Part shown: positions 34,707-45,838 of the stretch, piece by piece | Numbering within the stretch: position 1 is the stretch's first letter | Layout: each line of letters begins with the position of its first letter | Position numbers and translations under genes: made by a program | From: a virus | Length of the DNA: 64,000 nt | Strand: one strand, 5' to 3' | Virus record (IMG/VR): IMGVR_UViG_3300034284_000578 | Location: 1 to 64,000 of that record | The notes under the pieces: model-generated | The model's input: the letters and a program-made list of their open reading frames with translations, nothing else | What the model was told of the DNA's origin: nothing | Database searches by the model: none

Positions 34707-35279
34707 TTAATTTCGTGTTTCCTTTAATATTTCGGAATACAATTTACTGGGAGAAATACCTTTAAACATTGGTAAAAATGCAAACTGAGTCCATTCTTCC
34801 GGTGTAGTTATTTTTGGTTTTCCGATTATATTGCTGACATTATATTGATTAAAAACAACACCAGTATATTTAGCAAATATTTTCTTATTCAATATTGACA
34901 TTATTTTGATACGAATTCTGTGTGGATCGGTTTCTTTGGGATTTAACATTAAAGTGTTCATTAACATGATCATTTTAAATCTATCCTTGGGGGGGATATA
35001 ATGCAGATTAATACCATAAAACCCCCCTCCCCCTATTCCAGTAACCAAAACTAAAGGATACCTGTCAAAAATTCTTGTGCGGGTTGATGGTTTGTATTTA
35101 AACAATAAAACCTGTCCCGGTAGTTTTCTTTTTATGTTTTTGGTGGTGTCTTTTAAAAAATCAGAGTAGTCTGTTACTTTGCCCGTTTTGTTGACTCCCC
35201 GCATAGAATCACGTAACCATTTTAAAGCGGATTGGGGTGTATTAATCGGTTTCGGTTTCTGTTGGTTCTTTTCCACCAA
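34707..35279 (-). CDS. DNA end protector gp2
   Basis: FDRYPLV, GINLHYIPP, EEW...FLP. Confidence 0.85.
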   Translation of the reverse strand: MVEKNQQKPKPINTPQSALKWLRDSMRGVNKTGKVTDYSDFLKDTTKNIKRKLPGQVLLFKYKPSTRTRIFDRYPLVLVTGIGGGGFYGINLHYIPPKDRFKMIMLMNTLMLNPKETDPHRIRIKIMSILNKKIFAKYTGVVFNQYNVSNIIGKPKITTPEEWTQFAFLPMFKGISPSKLYSEILKETRN

Positions 35280-35706
35280 ATAACTCTTTCTCTGTTATTA
35301 TTTTAAATTTCCAATTACGCTTTTTAGCATATTCTTCTGCAAATGCCCACTTTGATTTATTTATTTGCCACTCGACTACTTCTTGCAAATAACCTTTTGT
35401 TATTTTTTTCTTTTTTGCTGGTTCTGAGCATTTTCTATGTGGTTTTATTTCAACCATGTAGGTTTGAATTGTTCCATCTTTTTCTTTTACTTCAATGATG
35501 AAATCTACAAAATATCTGTGATATTTTTTGTCAACAGGAGAAATGTAAGGTATTGGTAATTCTTCTGAAGCCCATTTAATAATGTTATCTGTGTTATCGC
35601 AAAATGTCATAAATTTACGTTCCCATAGAGAACGATAGACTATGTTGGTGGGATCACCTCTGTACTTTGAGGGATTCTTTGGCTTAAACTTACCTTTGTA
35701 CGACAT
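35242..35706 (-). CDS. Head completion nuclease gp4
   Basis: YKGKFKPKNPSKYRGD, YRSLWE, RYFVDF, EIKP; start revised. Confidence 0.92.
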   Translation of the reverse strand: MSYKGKFKPKNPSKYRGDPTNIVYRSLWERKFMTFCDNTDNIIKWASEELPIPYISPVDKKYHRYFVDFIIEVKEKDGTIQTYMVEIKPHRKCSEPAKKKKITKGYLQEVVEWQINKSKWAFAEEYAKKRNWKFKIITEKELFGGKEPTETETD

Positions 35707-35731
35707 ACATATATTTAGAAAAGGATTATAC

Positions 35732-36463
35732 ATGGGAAAAATAGTAAACTTTTTTGCACCAACTACAGGACAACCACAAAATTCTAAAATATTTTGTGTA
35801 ATTGATATACTTAAGAATACCAAAGTTCTGGAAGCAAACCCTTCACCAGAAAAGACTTATTATATGCAATTACCAAAAGAAATAACTGACGTTTTTAGTA
35901 TGGATTGGCAACAAGAAGAACTTGCGGGAACTACGTTAGATGCGATTGCTCAAAGACTTTTGGGATCGCAGGGACAAAGTTTTGATCTTATAGGGATTGG
36001 AAAAAGTATTGCTCCAGAATTTGCTGCACAAATTGGTCTAGGTGGTACTGCTAAAGAAGGATTGAGGCGTGCGGGAGAAGCGAAAAACCCAATTAATACT
36101 TTACTATTTAAAAATGCAAATCTTAGACAGTTTCAATTTAGTTGGGATTTTATGCCAATAAATGCACAGTCTGCTAACGACTATGAAACTTTTATAAATG
36201 ACATGAGAGAAAATATGTTACCTGAAATAAATGGAACGGGCTATAAAACTCCAAATATATTTAACATTGAAATGAAAGTTGGTTCTAAAGTTTTTCTTTC
36301 TGCTAAGAAATGTGCTTTAACTAATATGACAGTAAATCCATTTGGTTCTGGACTTCCCGCGTTTCACGAAGACGGTCATGCCGTGCATAATGTTGTGACT
36401 TTAGAATTCCAAGAATTGGTTCCAAGTACCAAAGAATCAATAAAGAATTTGTATAAAAAATAA
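35732..36463 (+). CDS. Baseplate tail-tube cap gp48
   Basis: NP..LLF....RQFQFSWDFMP, LEFQE; start revised. Confidence 0.8.
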   Translation: MGKIVNFFAPTTGQPQNSKIFCVIDILKNTKVLEANPSPEKTYYMQLPKEITDVFSMDWQQEELAGTTLDAIAQRLLGSQGQSFDLIGIGKSIAPEFAAQIGLGGTAKEGLRRAGEAKNPINTLLFKNANLRQFQFSWDFMPINAQSANDYETFINDMRENMLPEINGTGYKTPNIFNIEMKVGSKVFLSAKKCALTNMTVNPFGSGLPAFHEDGHAVHNVVTLEFQELVPSTKESIKNLYKK

Positions 36464-36473
36464 GGATTAATAC

Positions 36474-37223
36474 ATGTATTTTAATAAACTAGGAACAACA
36501 GATTATCAAGGAACAACCATACCGGACATATTAAAGCGGGTGGTGGTTTCTGATCCTAATGTTTTAAATACAGATTTATTTGAAAAATACGACATCACTG
36601 AAGGTGAAACCCCCGAAAGTCTGTCTTTTAATTACTATGGCAAAGTTGATTACTATTGGGTAATAATGTTGTTGAACAACATCAAGAGTAGATATTTTGA
36701 TTGGCCTATGTCTTCCCAAGAATTGGGACAATATATTGAATCGAAATACGGAAATAAAAGTTCATTGTTTGTTAGCGACAATCAATTAATATCAAATCCT
36801 GTTCCTTTTTGCAACGCAAAATATGTGTTAAAAGGAACAACAGAATATCAAGTTTTAGGTTGTGACCGTGATTTGAATAAGTTGGAAGTTACCAAACTCT
36901 CCGATCCTGCTTCCGGAGATCCGACAATTGAAATAGATGACATATTAACTGTACTGGATAAAGATAAAAATTATTTATTTGGATTGTTTCCAGAAAAAAT
37001 AGTTTACGAAAATGCTTATAGTCTTCATCATTTTAATTTTTCAGATGAAAGAAACAATAGAGTACTACTACAAAGTTATATTTCTGGAGTAATACCACCA
37101 GAAACAATTACAAATCAAGAATATGAAAATAACTTAAATGAAGCAAAAAGATCTATAACATTGATCAAACAGGAATACGTTTCATTGTTTGTAAACAACT
37201 TTAAAACAATAGCACAGGGTTGA
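36474..37223 (+). CDS. Baseplate wedge gp53
   Basis: MYF, ETPESLSFNYYG...YYWVIMLLN..DWP. Confidence 0.88.
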   Translation: MYFNKLGTTDYQGTTIPDILKRVVVSDPNVLNTDLFEKYDITEGETPESLSFNYYGKVDYYWVIMLLNNIKSRYFDWPMSSQELGQYIESKYGNKSSLFVSDNQLISNPVPFCNAKYVLKGTTEYQVLGCDRDLNKLEVTKLSDPASGDPTIEIDDILTVLDKDKNYLFGLFPEKIVYENAYSLHHFNFSDERNNRVLLQSYISGVIPPETITNQEYENNLNEAKRSITLIKQEYVSLFVNNFKTIAQG

Positions 37224-37224
37224 T

Positions 37225-38520
37225 ATGGTTCATAACGTTATATTAACAAATAAACCTAACATTTTATTAAATGGTGTTGACATAACAGAAGTTACGCTGT
37301 CGCTAACTTTAACTGAAAGTTTGTTCGATCCTGTATTGAAAGGTAACATTGTTGCTTTAAATACTCCAAGCACAAATTTATATCAGATAACAGGCGCGCT
37401 CGGTGGACTAAATGAAATTCAGTTTTCATTTCATAGCACAACAAATGAAGAACCCGAAAAAGAAATAACATCCAAAGATTTTTATGTTTACAATATTGTT
37501 CCGGAAAGCACAGATGCTGGTTCTTCTCTTGTAAAAGTGACTGCTTATTTTGCAGCAAAACCTCTTTTTACAAATAATATAAGAATGGTTTCAAAAAATT
37601 ATAATGATACCATTTCAAACATAGTAAAATCTCTATGTAAAGAAATAGAGATAGAATGTAATGTTGAAGCGACTAAAGGTAAAATTAAAAGAGTTTTGAC
37701 TTATGAATCACCATTTGGACATATTGTAAATTTAAGCAAACAAGCAGTGTCTGAAAATAATCCTAAAGATGTAGATTACACATTTTATCAAGATATAGAT
37801 GGCAAGTATTGGTTTAAACCTATTTCTTTATTTAAAAAACAACCAGTAAAATGGAAATATAAACAGTTTTTACCATATCCAGAAATGACATTAGATGAGG
37901 TAAAATATTCAATTTTGCGCCATTCTTGTGATTCATTTTCTCCAATACAAAATGCACTTCAAGGAATGTATTCTTCTGAAATAATTTCATTTGATACTAC
38001 AACTGGTGATTATTATTCCAAGACGCATGTGTACAATAAGGATAAGTATACTACTCTATCAGACAAACCAATATTAGATTTAAATGATAATGAAGAGTTT
38101 AAAAAAATAGCAAAAAGTGGTGTTGCAGTTCGAAGATTTACAAAACAAAGATTTTTACACGATCCTTCGGAAGAGGAATCGGGACAAGATGGAGTTGGTT
38201 TACAAGACGATTGGGTTGGGAATCGCATGGCATCTATGCAAAATATGGATCAAAGCATTGTGTATTTAAATGTTCCCGGTAACAGTGAAATGAAAGTTGG
38301 TGATTTAATTGAGGTTAGAAAACTTGTAAACGAATCTCTTATTGAAGAATCTGGTGAAAATTTAAAAGAAAAAGATGTATTGGGTACTGGTGTTTTCTTA
38401 ATCACCACTATTTCTCATGATATTGGATTAAAGAGTGGTGGTCCGTCCGATGCTTTGTCAGCAACATATATTATGCGAATTAAAGCAGTAAAAGATTCTA
38501 AGGGAGACGAATATGCCTAA
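37225..38520 (+). CDS. Baseplate hub (gp27-like)
   Basis: Position between gp53 and gp5; VPGNSEMKVGD...G.FLITTISH. Confidence 0.7.
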   Translation: MVHNVILTNKPNILLNGVDITEVTLSLTLTESLFDPVLKGNIVALNTPSTNLYQITGALGGLNEIQFSFHSTTNEEPEKEITSKDFYVYNIVPESTDAGSSLVKVTAYFAAKPLFTNNIRMVSKNYNDTISNIVKSLCKEIEIECNVEATKGKIKRVLTYESPFGHIVNLSKQAVSENNPKDVDYTFYQDIDGKYWFKPISLFKKQPVKWKYKQFLPYPEMTLDEVKYSILRHSCDSFSPIQNALQGMYSSEIISFDTTTGDYYSKTHVYNKDKYTTLSDKPILDLNDNEEFKKIAKSGVAVRRFTKQRFLHDPSEEESGQDGVGLQDDWVGNRMASMQNMDQSIVYLNVPGNSEMKVGDLIEVRKLVNESLIEESGENLKEKDVLGTGVFLITTISHDIGLKSGGPSDALSATYIMRIKAVKDSKGDEYA

Positions 38521-39349
38521 TGATCATTTGGGTGATCCCAGTTTTAGATGGTGGTGGGGATGTGTAGAAGATAGAATAGATCCTTTACAAAAAGGAAGAG
38601 TCCGAGTACGCATCCACAGTTATCACAGTCCATTTAAAAAGGATATTCCCACCGATGCTTTACCTTGGGCTGAAGTAATTCAACCAGCAACAACAGGTAA
38701 TACCCCACAAGGTGCTCCAGTTGGGTTAGTCGAAGGGTTATGGGTCTTTGGATTTTTTAAAGATGGTGTTGAGTGCCAACAACCAGTTGTGCTAGGTTGG
38801 TTGCCCACTTTACCGGAAAATCCACCAAAAGAAGAAACTTCAGGTTCTGATACTTTACAACAAAAAGATTCAGAGGGAGAAACGTTCCAAAAAAATTATG
38901 GAGATGGGTTTAGAGATCCAAGAAAACAAGAAGATTTAAAAAACTTTCCATCAAAAGAAGTTAAAAGAGAATACCCATTTGGTAAAGGAAAGAAAACTAA
39001 AGACCGCGGTGTTCAATTAACAGAACAAGAACCAAAAAAACAAACGGATCGTTTTGGTAGAGCCATTGCTATAAATGATGCGACTAAAATTAAAGATACA
39101 ATTATTGGATTGAAGAAATTAAAAAGACCAGAAGGACTTTACGATCAAGCGTATGTTGCTGATATTGAAGTAGAAGAAGAATTTAAGTGTGGTGTTGTTA
39201 ACTTAAATGGTAAAAATACTGGCACTTTAAGTGGATTGGGTTCTGGTGATAATTCTGTAAAAAGTAGCATGGAGTCTTCTAAATTTGATAATTGGAAACT
39301 AGTAAAAGAAGAACCGCTGAATAGTGCAAATAAAAAGATTTTAGGATAA
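38513..39349 (+). CDS. gp5 N-terminal OB-fold protein
   Basis: WWWGCVEDRIDPLQKGRVRVRI...LPWA...WVFGFF.DG..QQPVVLG. Confidence 0.9.
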   Translation: MPNDHLGDPSFRWWWGCVEDRIDPLQKGRVRVRIHSYHSPFKKDIPTDALPWAEVIQPATTGNTPQGAPVGLVEGLWVFGFFKDGVECQQPVVLGWLPTLPENPPKEETSGSDTLQQKDSEGETFQKNYGDGFRDPRKQEDLKNFPSKEVKREYPFGKGKKTKDRGVQLTEQEPKKQTDRFGRAIAINDATKIKDTIIGLKKLKRPEGLYDQAYVADIEVEEEFKCGVVNLNGKNTGTLSGLGSGDNSVKSSMESSKFDNWKLVKEEPLNSANKKILG

Positions 39350-39353
39350 TAAT

Positions 39354-40958
39354 ATGTCTAATTGCGATGATAATTTAAAACCAACAGAATCAACTACCAG
39401 CACTTCTGGTATTAGAAATAATAAACCATCCTCAATTTTACCCCAACGCGAGCGTACCCAAAGAACAACTATTACTAAAGGGCAAAAAGTAACCGGAGGA
39501 ATAACTGCCGCAGATTTAACAGAAGATGGAACTGTTGGTGCTTCTTCCGGTTCTGCTAGTGGCGGTGGTGGTGCAGGACAAACTACATCTAAAGGTGGAG
39601 TTACTGGTAGTTCATCCCAAGCGCAAGCATCGGCTGCACCAGCAAAAACAAAAGAAGAAATACAAAAAGAAAAACAAAAGAAAAACGACGACGAACAAGT
39701 AACGCAATCGAATAAACAATGGACTCAACCAGAAACTGAACACGGCAGGAAACAAGGCGAAGAAATAGAAGGTAAAGATTTATACCCAAATCAAGAAAAG
39801 AAAAGCAAAGAATTTAAACCAGTATCAATATATCCATTTAATAAAACATATCAAACTGAAAGCGGCCACGTATTCGAAACCGATGATACTCCCGGTAGCG
39901 AAAGACTATCCGTTTTTCATCGTTCTGGTACAAATTTAGAAGTTTATCCTAATGGTGATTTCGTAGAGCAGCATGTGAGAGATAGTTATTTTCATGTTTT
40001 TCGAGACCAATATGTTCACTTGGGTGGATATTCTAGCGTAACCGTTGATAAGGGATTAAAGATTCTTATAAATGATGACGAAGAAGAAAACAGTAAAGAA
40101 GAAAATGTAAATTTTGATATTCATGTAGCGGGAAATGCAAATGTAAACATTTATATTCATAAAGGAAATATGAATGTTTCTTTGGTTGAAGGTGACGCAA
40201 ATATTCGTTTGAACAAAGGTGACGTAAATATACGTCAAGACAAAGGAAATTATAACCACACCGTTGCCGGCGATTACAATTTAGAAGTTGGTGGTCATAT
40301 GCACGTTGTGGTTGCAGGCGATGTAGTTAACGAAATAGGAGGGAACAGGGATGAAAGAATTGATGGGGAATTTGATCAAAAGTATCTGTCAAACTCTTCA
40401 GGCTATTTGGGCGAATATTTGTTGGGGGATAAAAGAACTTATGTCGGCGGAAATCAAATAACCGAAGTCAATGGTAATATTAACGAAAAAGGACAACACA
40501 AAAAACAAGAGTTACAATCTCAAGAAAAATCAATTTATGGTTCTTTTGTTACTAAAACTGGTGGTAATTGGTGGTTAGCATCAACCGCAAGTATACAAAT
40601 TGATGGACTTTCGGAAATTACAATTAAAGCAAAAAAGAGCATGGACATATTTGGTGCAGAATATACTGGTAAATTTAGATTGTATTCTGGAAATAGTCTA
40701 GAAATAATAGGTGAAAAATTTACAGTATTAAGATCTGCAACGGATAAAATAGAGCTAAAAACACCTAAAGATGTAACTCTAAAAACTCCATTGTTATACA
40801 AACCAGACGACAAAAAAGCACCACCATTCTCACCAGATCCAAAACCAATTAATTTGGATAATCCAAGTCAGTACGAAACTGCTAAACCATCGGAAACAGA
40901 ATCATTTATGAAAAATAACAAGAAAGAATGGACACCAACTGGCGCCAAAAATTCATAA
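39354..40958 (+). CDS. gp5 C-terminal beta-helix spike protein
   Basis: YPFNKTYQTESGHVFETDDTPGSERL..HRSGT; V-x-G repeats. Confidence 0.88.
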   Translation: MSNCDDNLKPTESTTSTSGIRNNKPSSILPQRERTQRTTITKGQKVTGGITAADLTEDGTVGASSGSASGGGGAGQTTSKGGVTGSSSQAQASAAPAKTKEEIQKEKQKKNDDEQVTQSNKQWTQPETEHGRKQGEEIEGKDLYPNQEKKSKEFKPVSIYPFNKTYQTESGHVFETDDTPGSERLSVFHRSGTNLEVYPNGDFVEQHVRDSYFHVFRDQYVHLGGYSSVTVDKGLKILINDDEEENSKEENVNFDIHVAGNANVNIYIHKGNMNVSLVEGDANIRLNKGDVNIRQDKGNYNHTVAGDYNLEVGGHMHVVVAGDVVNEIGGNRDERIDGEFDQKYLSNSSGYLGEYLLGDKRTYVGGNQITEVNGNINEKGQHKKQELQSQEKSIYGSFVTKTGGNWWLASTASIQIDGLSEITIKAKKSMDIFGAEYTGKFRLYSGNSLEIIGEKFTVLRSATDKIELKTPKDVTLKTPLLYKPDDKKAPPFSPDPKPINLDNPSQYETAKPSETESFMKNNKKEWTPTGAKNS

Positions 40959-40989
40959 ATAGAGGCACGCACTTTACTGGGATATTCTT

Positions 40990-41628
40990 ATGTTTTCAAT
41001 ATTCAAATCAATCAGTCCTGAAATGTGGTATGCTGCTGGTGTTTCCATCATATCCTTTGCTATGGGAATTAGTTTTGCATTACTAAAGTTATTAAAAAAT
41101 ACAAAAAATAAAAAACATACATTGTTTTCCAACAATGGCACAGATTTTACAAAGTTACACACACAAGTAAATGAAGTTTTAACCGAGGTGAGAATACAAT
41201 TAGACTGTGCAAGAGCATATATTGCACAATTTCATAATGGTGGTGATTTCTTTAGCGGGGAAAGCATATTAAAGTTTTCCATAACACATGAATCTTGCTC
41301 TTTGGGTGTAGAACAAACCATAGATCAACAACAAGGAGTATTGTTGACTAGATTTATAGAAAAACTTAAAATATTACAAGAAGATGAAGCCAGAATAATT
41401 TTTACAAATACATTAACAGATAGTCATTTTAAAGGATTTATGGAAGCACGAAATACAATTGCATTTGTATTAGTTCCTTTAAAGAAAGATACCAGTCTAT
41501 CTCCATATGGTTATATTTGTGCTGAATGGTGTTCTTGGAATCATGCAGAACAAATAAATGCTGATTTTGTTCTAAATTTTCTTAAAAAAGACATACGAAT
41601 CTTAAATACTTTACTGATTAAACACTAA
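40990..41628 (+). CDS. Single-TM protein with a GAF-like domain (holin T-like architecture)
   Basis: N-terminal TM; RAYIAQFHNGG; CATAAATA upstream. Confidence 0.5.
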   Translation: MFSIFKSISPEMWYAAGVSIISFAMGISFALLKLLKNTKNKKHTLFSNNGTDFTKLHTQVNEVLTEVRIQLDCARAYIAQFHNGGDFFSGESILKFSITHESCSLGVEQTIDQQQGVLLTRFIEKLKILQEDEARIIFTNTLTDSHFKGFMEARNTIAFVLVPLKKDTSLSPYGYICAEWCSWNHAEQINADFVLNFLKKDIRILNTLLIKH

Positions 41629-42023
41629 TGGCAAAAATCAAAATAACAGATTTAAGTAACGATTTTACCAGCAACCCAATAACTGGTGATATATCCGTTA
41701 AAAAGGATCTGGATGCAGTAAAGCAAAGTTTGCGTAATTTGATGTTTTTGAAAAAGTTTGATAAACCATTTGATCCACTAATAGATGTGGGATTAAATGA
41801 GGTATTGTTTGAAAATTTCCCAGATGCAATTTTATCTGATATTATTACAAAAAAAGTAGAATATATAATTTCGAAATATGAAACACGAGCATTATTGCAA
41901 AAGGTAGAAGTACAAAACTTTGACGACAAAAATTTGCTGCAAATAGACATAACTTTTACTTTAAGAAATGAAGATCAAAGCACTCCACAGAGTCTACAAA
42001 TAAATCTTGAGAGGATCAGATGA
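41628..42023 (+). CDS. Baseplate wedge gp25
   Basis: NPITGDI...AVKQSLRNL...PF, YETR. Confidence 0.9.
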   Translation: MAKIKITDLSNDFTSNPITGDISVKKDLDAVKQSLRNLMFLKKFDKPFDPLIDVGLNEVLFENFPDAILSDIITKKVEYIISKYETRALLQKVEVQNFDDKNLLQIDITFTLRNEDQSTPQSLQINLERIR

Positions 42024-43906
42024 ACCCAGATTTTTCAAAATTAGATTATAATGATATTAAACAAAATTTAATATCATTCTTAAAAACACAAGACAAGTTT
42101 AATGGCTATAATTTTGAGGGTTCTACTCTAAACATTCTTTTAGATATTTTAGCATACAACACACATTATCAATCATTATACAACAATATAACATTTAATG
42201 AAGCCTTTTTGGATACAGCGCAAAAAAGATCATCAGTTGTTTCTATTGCAAAAAATTTAGGATATACTCCAACTTCAACAACTTCAGCAACATGCTCAGT
42301 AGAAGTTAGTCGCCCCGCAAGTAATGGAATGTTGGATAGTTATGTTTTGGAAAAATATACTGCGTTTAAAGTAAATAAAGACACTTCTGTTTACTATTTT
42401 TATAATTTAAATGACGCTCTATTCACCGAAGCCGAAAAGGCTGAGGATGGCACAGTAACAACATTTTCAACAGGTGCAATTAATTTAAAAGAAGGAATAT
42501 TGCGTACAGTCAATTATGTAATTGATGGTTCCAATCCTTTCAAAAAAATAACACTAAGAAGCACAAAAGTAGACGTAAGCACAATAACTGTAACAGTACA
42601 AAGAAGTGTAACGGATGCTTCGGGTTCTTCTGATGTCTGGAGTGAAGCATCAAATATTACAGAAATAGATGGTAACTCTAATGTTTATTTCCTAGAAGAA
42701 GGACCTGATGAGTATTATAGAATATACTTTGGAGATGGAGTAATAGGAAAAAGATTAACAGAAGGTAACTTAGTTACAATTACATTCTTAGAAAGTTCTG
42801 GTTCTGAAGCAAATGGTATTGGTATTAATGATGACGTTCTTTCTAGAGTGTTCACATCTCCTGCTTTAAGTGATGCCACTATAGCCGTAGTAACACCCTC
42901 ATTTGGTGGTTCTGAAAGAGAAACAATACAATCTATTAAATATAAAGCACCAAAGGCATTTACAGCACAAGAAAGAGCAGTAACTGCAAACGATTATTCT
43001 GTTTTACTACAAAAAGATTTTGGTTTCATTAAATCAATAAAGTGTTGGGGTGGAGAAGAAAATGATCCACCATTTTATGGTAAAGTTTTTATTGCTATAA
43101 AACCAGAAAACCGGGCCGCTTTAACCCAAACCGAAAAAAATACAATTCTAAAGGGATTATCTAGAGACAGATCTGTTGTTGGTATAATTCCTGAGATTGT
43201 GGACCCAAACATCATTTACTTAATAATTAATTGCGATGCGAAAATTGACATAATTAAAAATAAAGGTTCTATAGAGCAACTTAAAACTAAAATTAAAACA
43301 GCAATAAACAATTACATCATAGACAATTTAGATGTTTTTGATGCCGATTTAATTTCAAATGAATTGGAAAGAACTATTTTGGATATCGATAGTTCCATTT
43401 TAAGTGCAACAATAACACCGCAATTAGAATATCGTTTAGCTCCAGTTTATAACATAAAACAAAATTACACAATAAAATTACAAAACAGATTGGTAAGAAG
43501 TGATTCTATAGAAAAACCAAATATTCAATCTTCGTTGTTTAATTGTCTTGATTATAAAAATGTAATTCGTTCGTGTAGAATATACGATGATGGTATTGGT
43601 AATTTGTACATTTCATTTGTGCAAGAAGGAAAAGAGTACTCTTTAGGTGCTTTGCAAAATATTGATTTAAGTTTGTCTGGTAATTTACCAGAAGCAATTG
43701 GAACTGTAGATTACACAACAGGCAAATTGCAATTAAATAATTTTAAACCACTTAGTTCTACAAATTCAATAATAAAATTCTTTGCAAATGTTTATGATTC
43801 TGATGTATTTGTAAACCCAGATACTATATTAAGTATTGATCAAGCAGATGTAAATTCAGTTGTAATAAATCTAGTAGAAAGCGCATTTAGAAAACCAATT
43901 AAATGA
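42020..43906 (+). CDS. Baseplate wedge gp6
   Basis: YNFEGS.LNILLDILAYNTHY, FGDGVIG, QERAVTANDY, WGGEEN. Confidence 0.93.
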   Translation: MNPDFSKLDYNDIKQNLISFLKTQDKFNGYNFEGSTLNILLDILAYNTHYQSLYNNITFNEAFLDTAQKRSSVVSIAKNLGYTPTSTTSATCSVEVSRPASNGMLDSYVLEKYTAFKVNKDTSVYYFYNLNDALFTEAEKAEDGTVTTFSTGAINLKEGILRTVNYVIDGSNPFKKITLRSTKVDVSTITVTVQRSVTDASGSSDVWSEASNITEIDGNSNVYFLEEGPDEYYRIYFGDGVIGKRLTEGNLVTITFLESSGSEANGIGINDDVLSRVFTSPALSDATIAVVTPSFGGSERETIQSIKYKAPKAFTAQERAVTANDYSVLLQKDFGFIKSIKCWGGEENDPPFYGKVFIAIKPENRAALTQTEKNTILKGLSRDRSVVGIIPEIVDPNIIYLIINCDAKIDIIKNKGSIEQLKTKIKTAINNYIIDNLDVFDADLISNELERTILDIDSSILSATITPQLEYRLAPVYNIKQNYTIKLQNRLVRSDSIEKPNIQSSLFNCLDYKNVIRSCRIYDDGIGNLYISFVQEGKEYSLGALQNIDLSLSGNLPEAIGTVDYTTGKLQLNNFKPLSSTNSIIKFFANVYDSDVFVNPDTILSIDQADVNSVVINLVESAFRKPIK

Positions 43907-45834
43907 TAGAATTACTACTAAAAACACCAATAAATAACGACATCGTTTTTTCTGATGTCATTACTATAAACTATGAAGTAAGAGACACCAGTGGTGTATT
44001 TTCTAAAGTTGTTTTTGAAGTCAACAATCAAGTAATTGAAAAGACTGCACGTATAGATGTATTTCAAATTCAATTACCTGAAGGTGAATACATTCTAACT
44101 TGCTATGTTAAAAACAAATACAATAAAGAGATATTAGAGACAAGAAAAACAATATCTGTATCTACAAAACCAATAACTTTAGAACTAAAAAATAAACTAT
44201 CTTCTGTTGTAAGTTCAAGCATACCAGATTTTTTGGAACAAGATTATCAAACTTTTGTTGATTTTATCAAGTATTATTACATTTGGTTGGAATCTACAAA
44301 AAATGTAAATTTAATCCCACACACATTAGAACAATATTTTGATGTTGACACAATACCTCCGGAATTAGTTGATCGTTTTCAAGAAACATATTTAAGCACA
44401 TTTCCAAAACAATTTTCAATAGATAGAGAAACCGGAAATGCTCCGGATGTTACAAAAGTATTAAAAAGAATAAAAGACTTTTATTCCAAAAAAGGAACTG
44501 AAGATTCTTTTAGATTTTTGTTTAGAGTGATGTTTGATACGGAAATAACTTTTACGTATCCTAGAGAAAAATTATTAAAAGCATCTGAAGCACAATGGGT
44601 AGTTCCAAAATTTATAAGAGCAAAAAATTTAAATGAAGAAGATGCTGCTTTACTAATTGGCACCGAACTTTATGTTTTAGATGAAAATGGTTCAAAGACA
44701 TTTTCTGCTATAATAGAAGATACGTATACATTTTACTATGCAAGTAATCCAATAACCACTTTAAATTTAATAAATGTAACTGGAAATTTAAATAGTTCTA
44801 AAGTTTACTATAGCAAAAATGTATTTGGAGTAATAGAGGAATATAGTATTGATTTGTATTCTATGATAATAGATTACTATCTTTATAAATGCCCGGATTC
44901 TTTTGGTTATCCAATATATGATTTTGAAGTTGGAATGATCGTTAATTTGGTTAATTTGGGGACTGCTATTTGGCTATTGTGTAATGGTGGTGAAACCGTG
45001 GAAGCAATAACAGAAGATGGATGCACTCCACTTTATGGAGGAATTATAGATCCAGAAAGAATAGATTTACCTAATCAAAATTTAAAGCACGAAGATTTTG
45101 GAGCAGGATTTGAAGCCCAAATTAGTAAAGTGAACGAAAAGGGCGAAATAGAAGAAATACAAATATTAGATCCTGGATTTAATTGGGGATTAAATGTAAA
45201 TGGATATGGCACGCAATTTACAGGTAAGCCTAATCCCAAAATTGAAAGTACTGACAGACTTTATGATTGCAGAATACGTTATGTTACTGGTTATTTGTTT
45301 ACTGGAACTGGGTTTTATAGAAGTAAAAAATCACTGTTAAGCCAAATGGGCATTCTTCAAGATAATTTTTATTATCAACAAAACTCATATGAAATTGGTT
45401 CTAACGTTAATTCTTACAAATTTTCTGACATTTTAAAACAAAATGTACATCCTGCGGGGTATAAGGCATTTTATCGATATGATGTTTTAGACAATATTAT
45501 TGAAAAACGCGAATTGACTACTTCTGAGCCGGGATCATTTGAATTGCGTTTTGGTTTTGATGAAGATGGAAATACACTTGGTTCTGATGTTTATGAAAAT
45601 ATCATACAGACTGAATTTCAAACCTTTTCCAATTTTGCAAATTTTAAAATTGGTTTAGAACCACCTGAAGTTACTGATCTAAATATACTGGAAGAAGAAA
45701 TTATATACACCACAGATTTAGAAATTTCAACAAATGATATTCCAGAAGATTCTGACGGTATAGAAGATTCTCCGTTAGTAATTCCAAATGAATTAACTTC
45801 ACCTCCCAGATCTACAACAAGTCCTATAGAATAA
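43903..45834 (+). CDS. Baseplate wedge gp7-like
   Basis: FYSKKGTEDSFRFLFR, LQDNFYYQQNSY, VHPAG. Confidence 0.8.
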   Translation: MIELLLKTPINNDIVFSDVITINYEVRDTSGVFSKVVFEVNNQVIEKTARIDVFQIQLPEGEYILTCYVKNKYNKEILETRKTISVSTKPITLELKNKLSSVVSSSIPDFLEQDYQTFVDFIKYYYIWLESTKNVNLIPHTLEQYFDVDTIPPELVDRFQETYLSTFPKQFSIDRETGNAPDVTKVLKRIKDFYSKKGTEDSFRFLFRVMFDTEITFTYPREKLLKASEAQWVVPKFIRAKNLNEEDAALLIGTELYVLDENGSKTFSAIIEDTYTFYYASNPITTLNLINVTGNLNSSKVYYSKNVFGVIEEYSIDLYSMIIDYYLYKCPDSFGYPIYDFEVGMIVNLVNLGTAIWLLCNGGETVEAITEDGCTPLYGGIIDPERIDLPNQNLKHEDFGAGFEAQISKVNEKGEIEEIQILDPGFNWGLNVNGYGTQFTGKPNPKIESTDRLYDCRIRYVTGYLFTGTGFYRSKKSLLSQMGILQDNFYYQQNSYEIGSNVNSYKFSDILKQNVHPAGYKAFYRYDVLDNIIEKRELTTSEPGSFELRFGFDEDGNTLGSDVYENIIQTEFQTFSNFANFKIGLEPPEVTDLNILEEEIIYTTDLEISTNDIPEDSDGIEDSPLVIPNELTSPPRSTTSPIE

Positions 45835-45838
45835 AATT

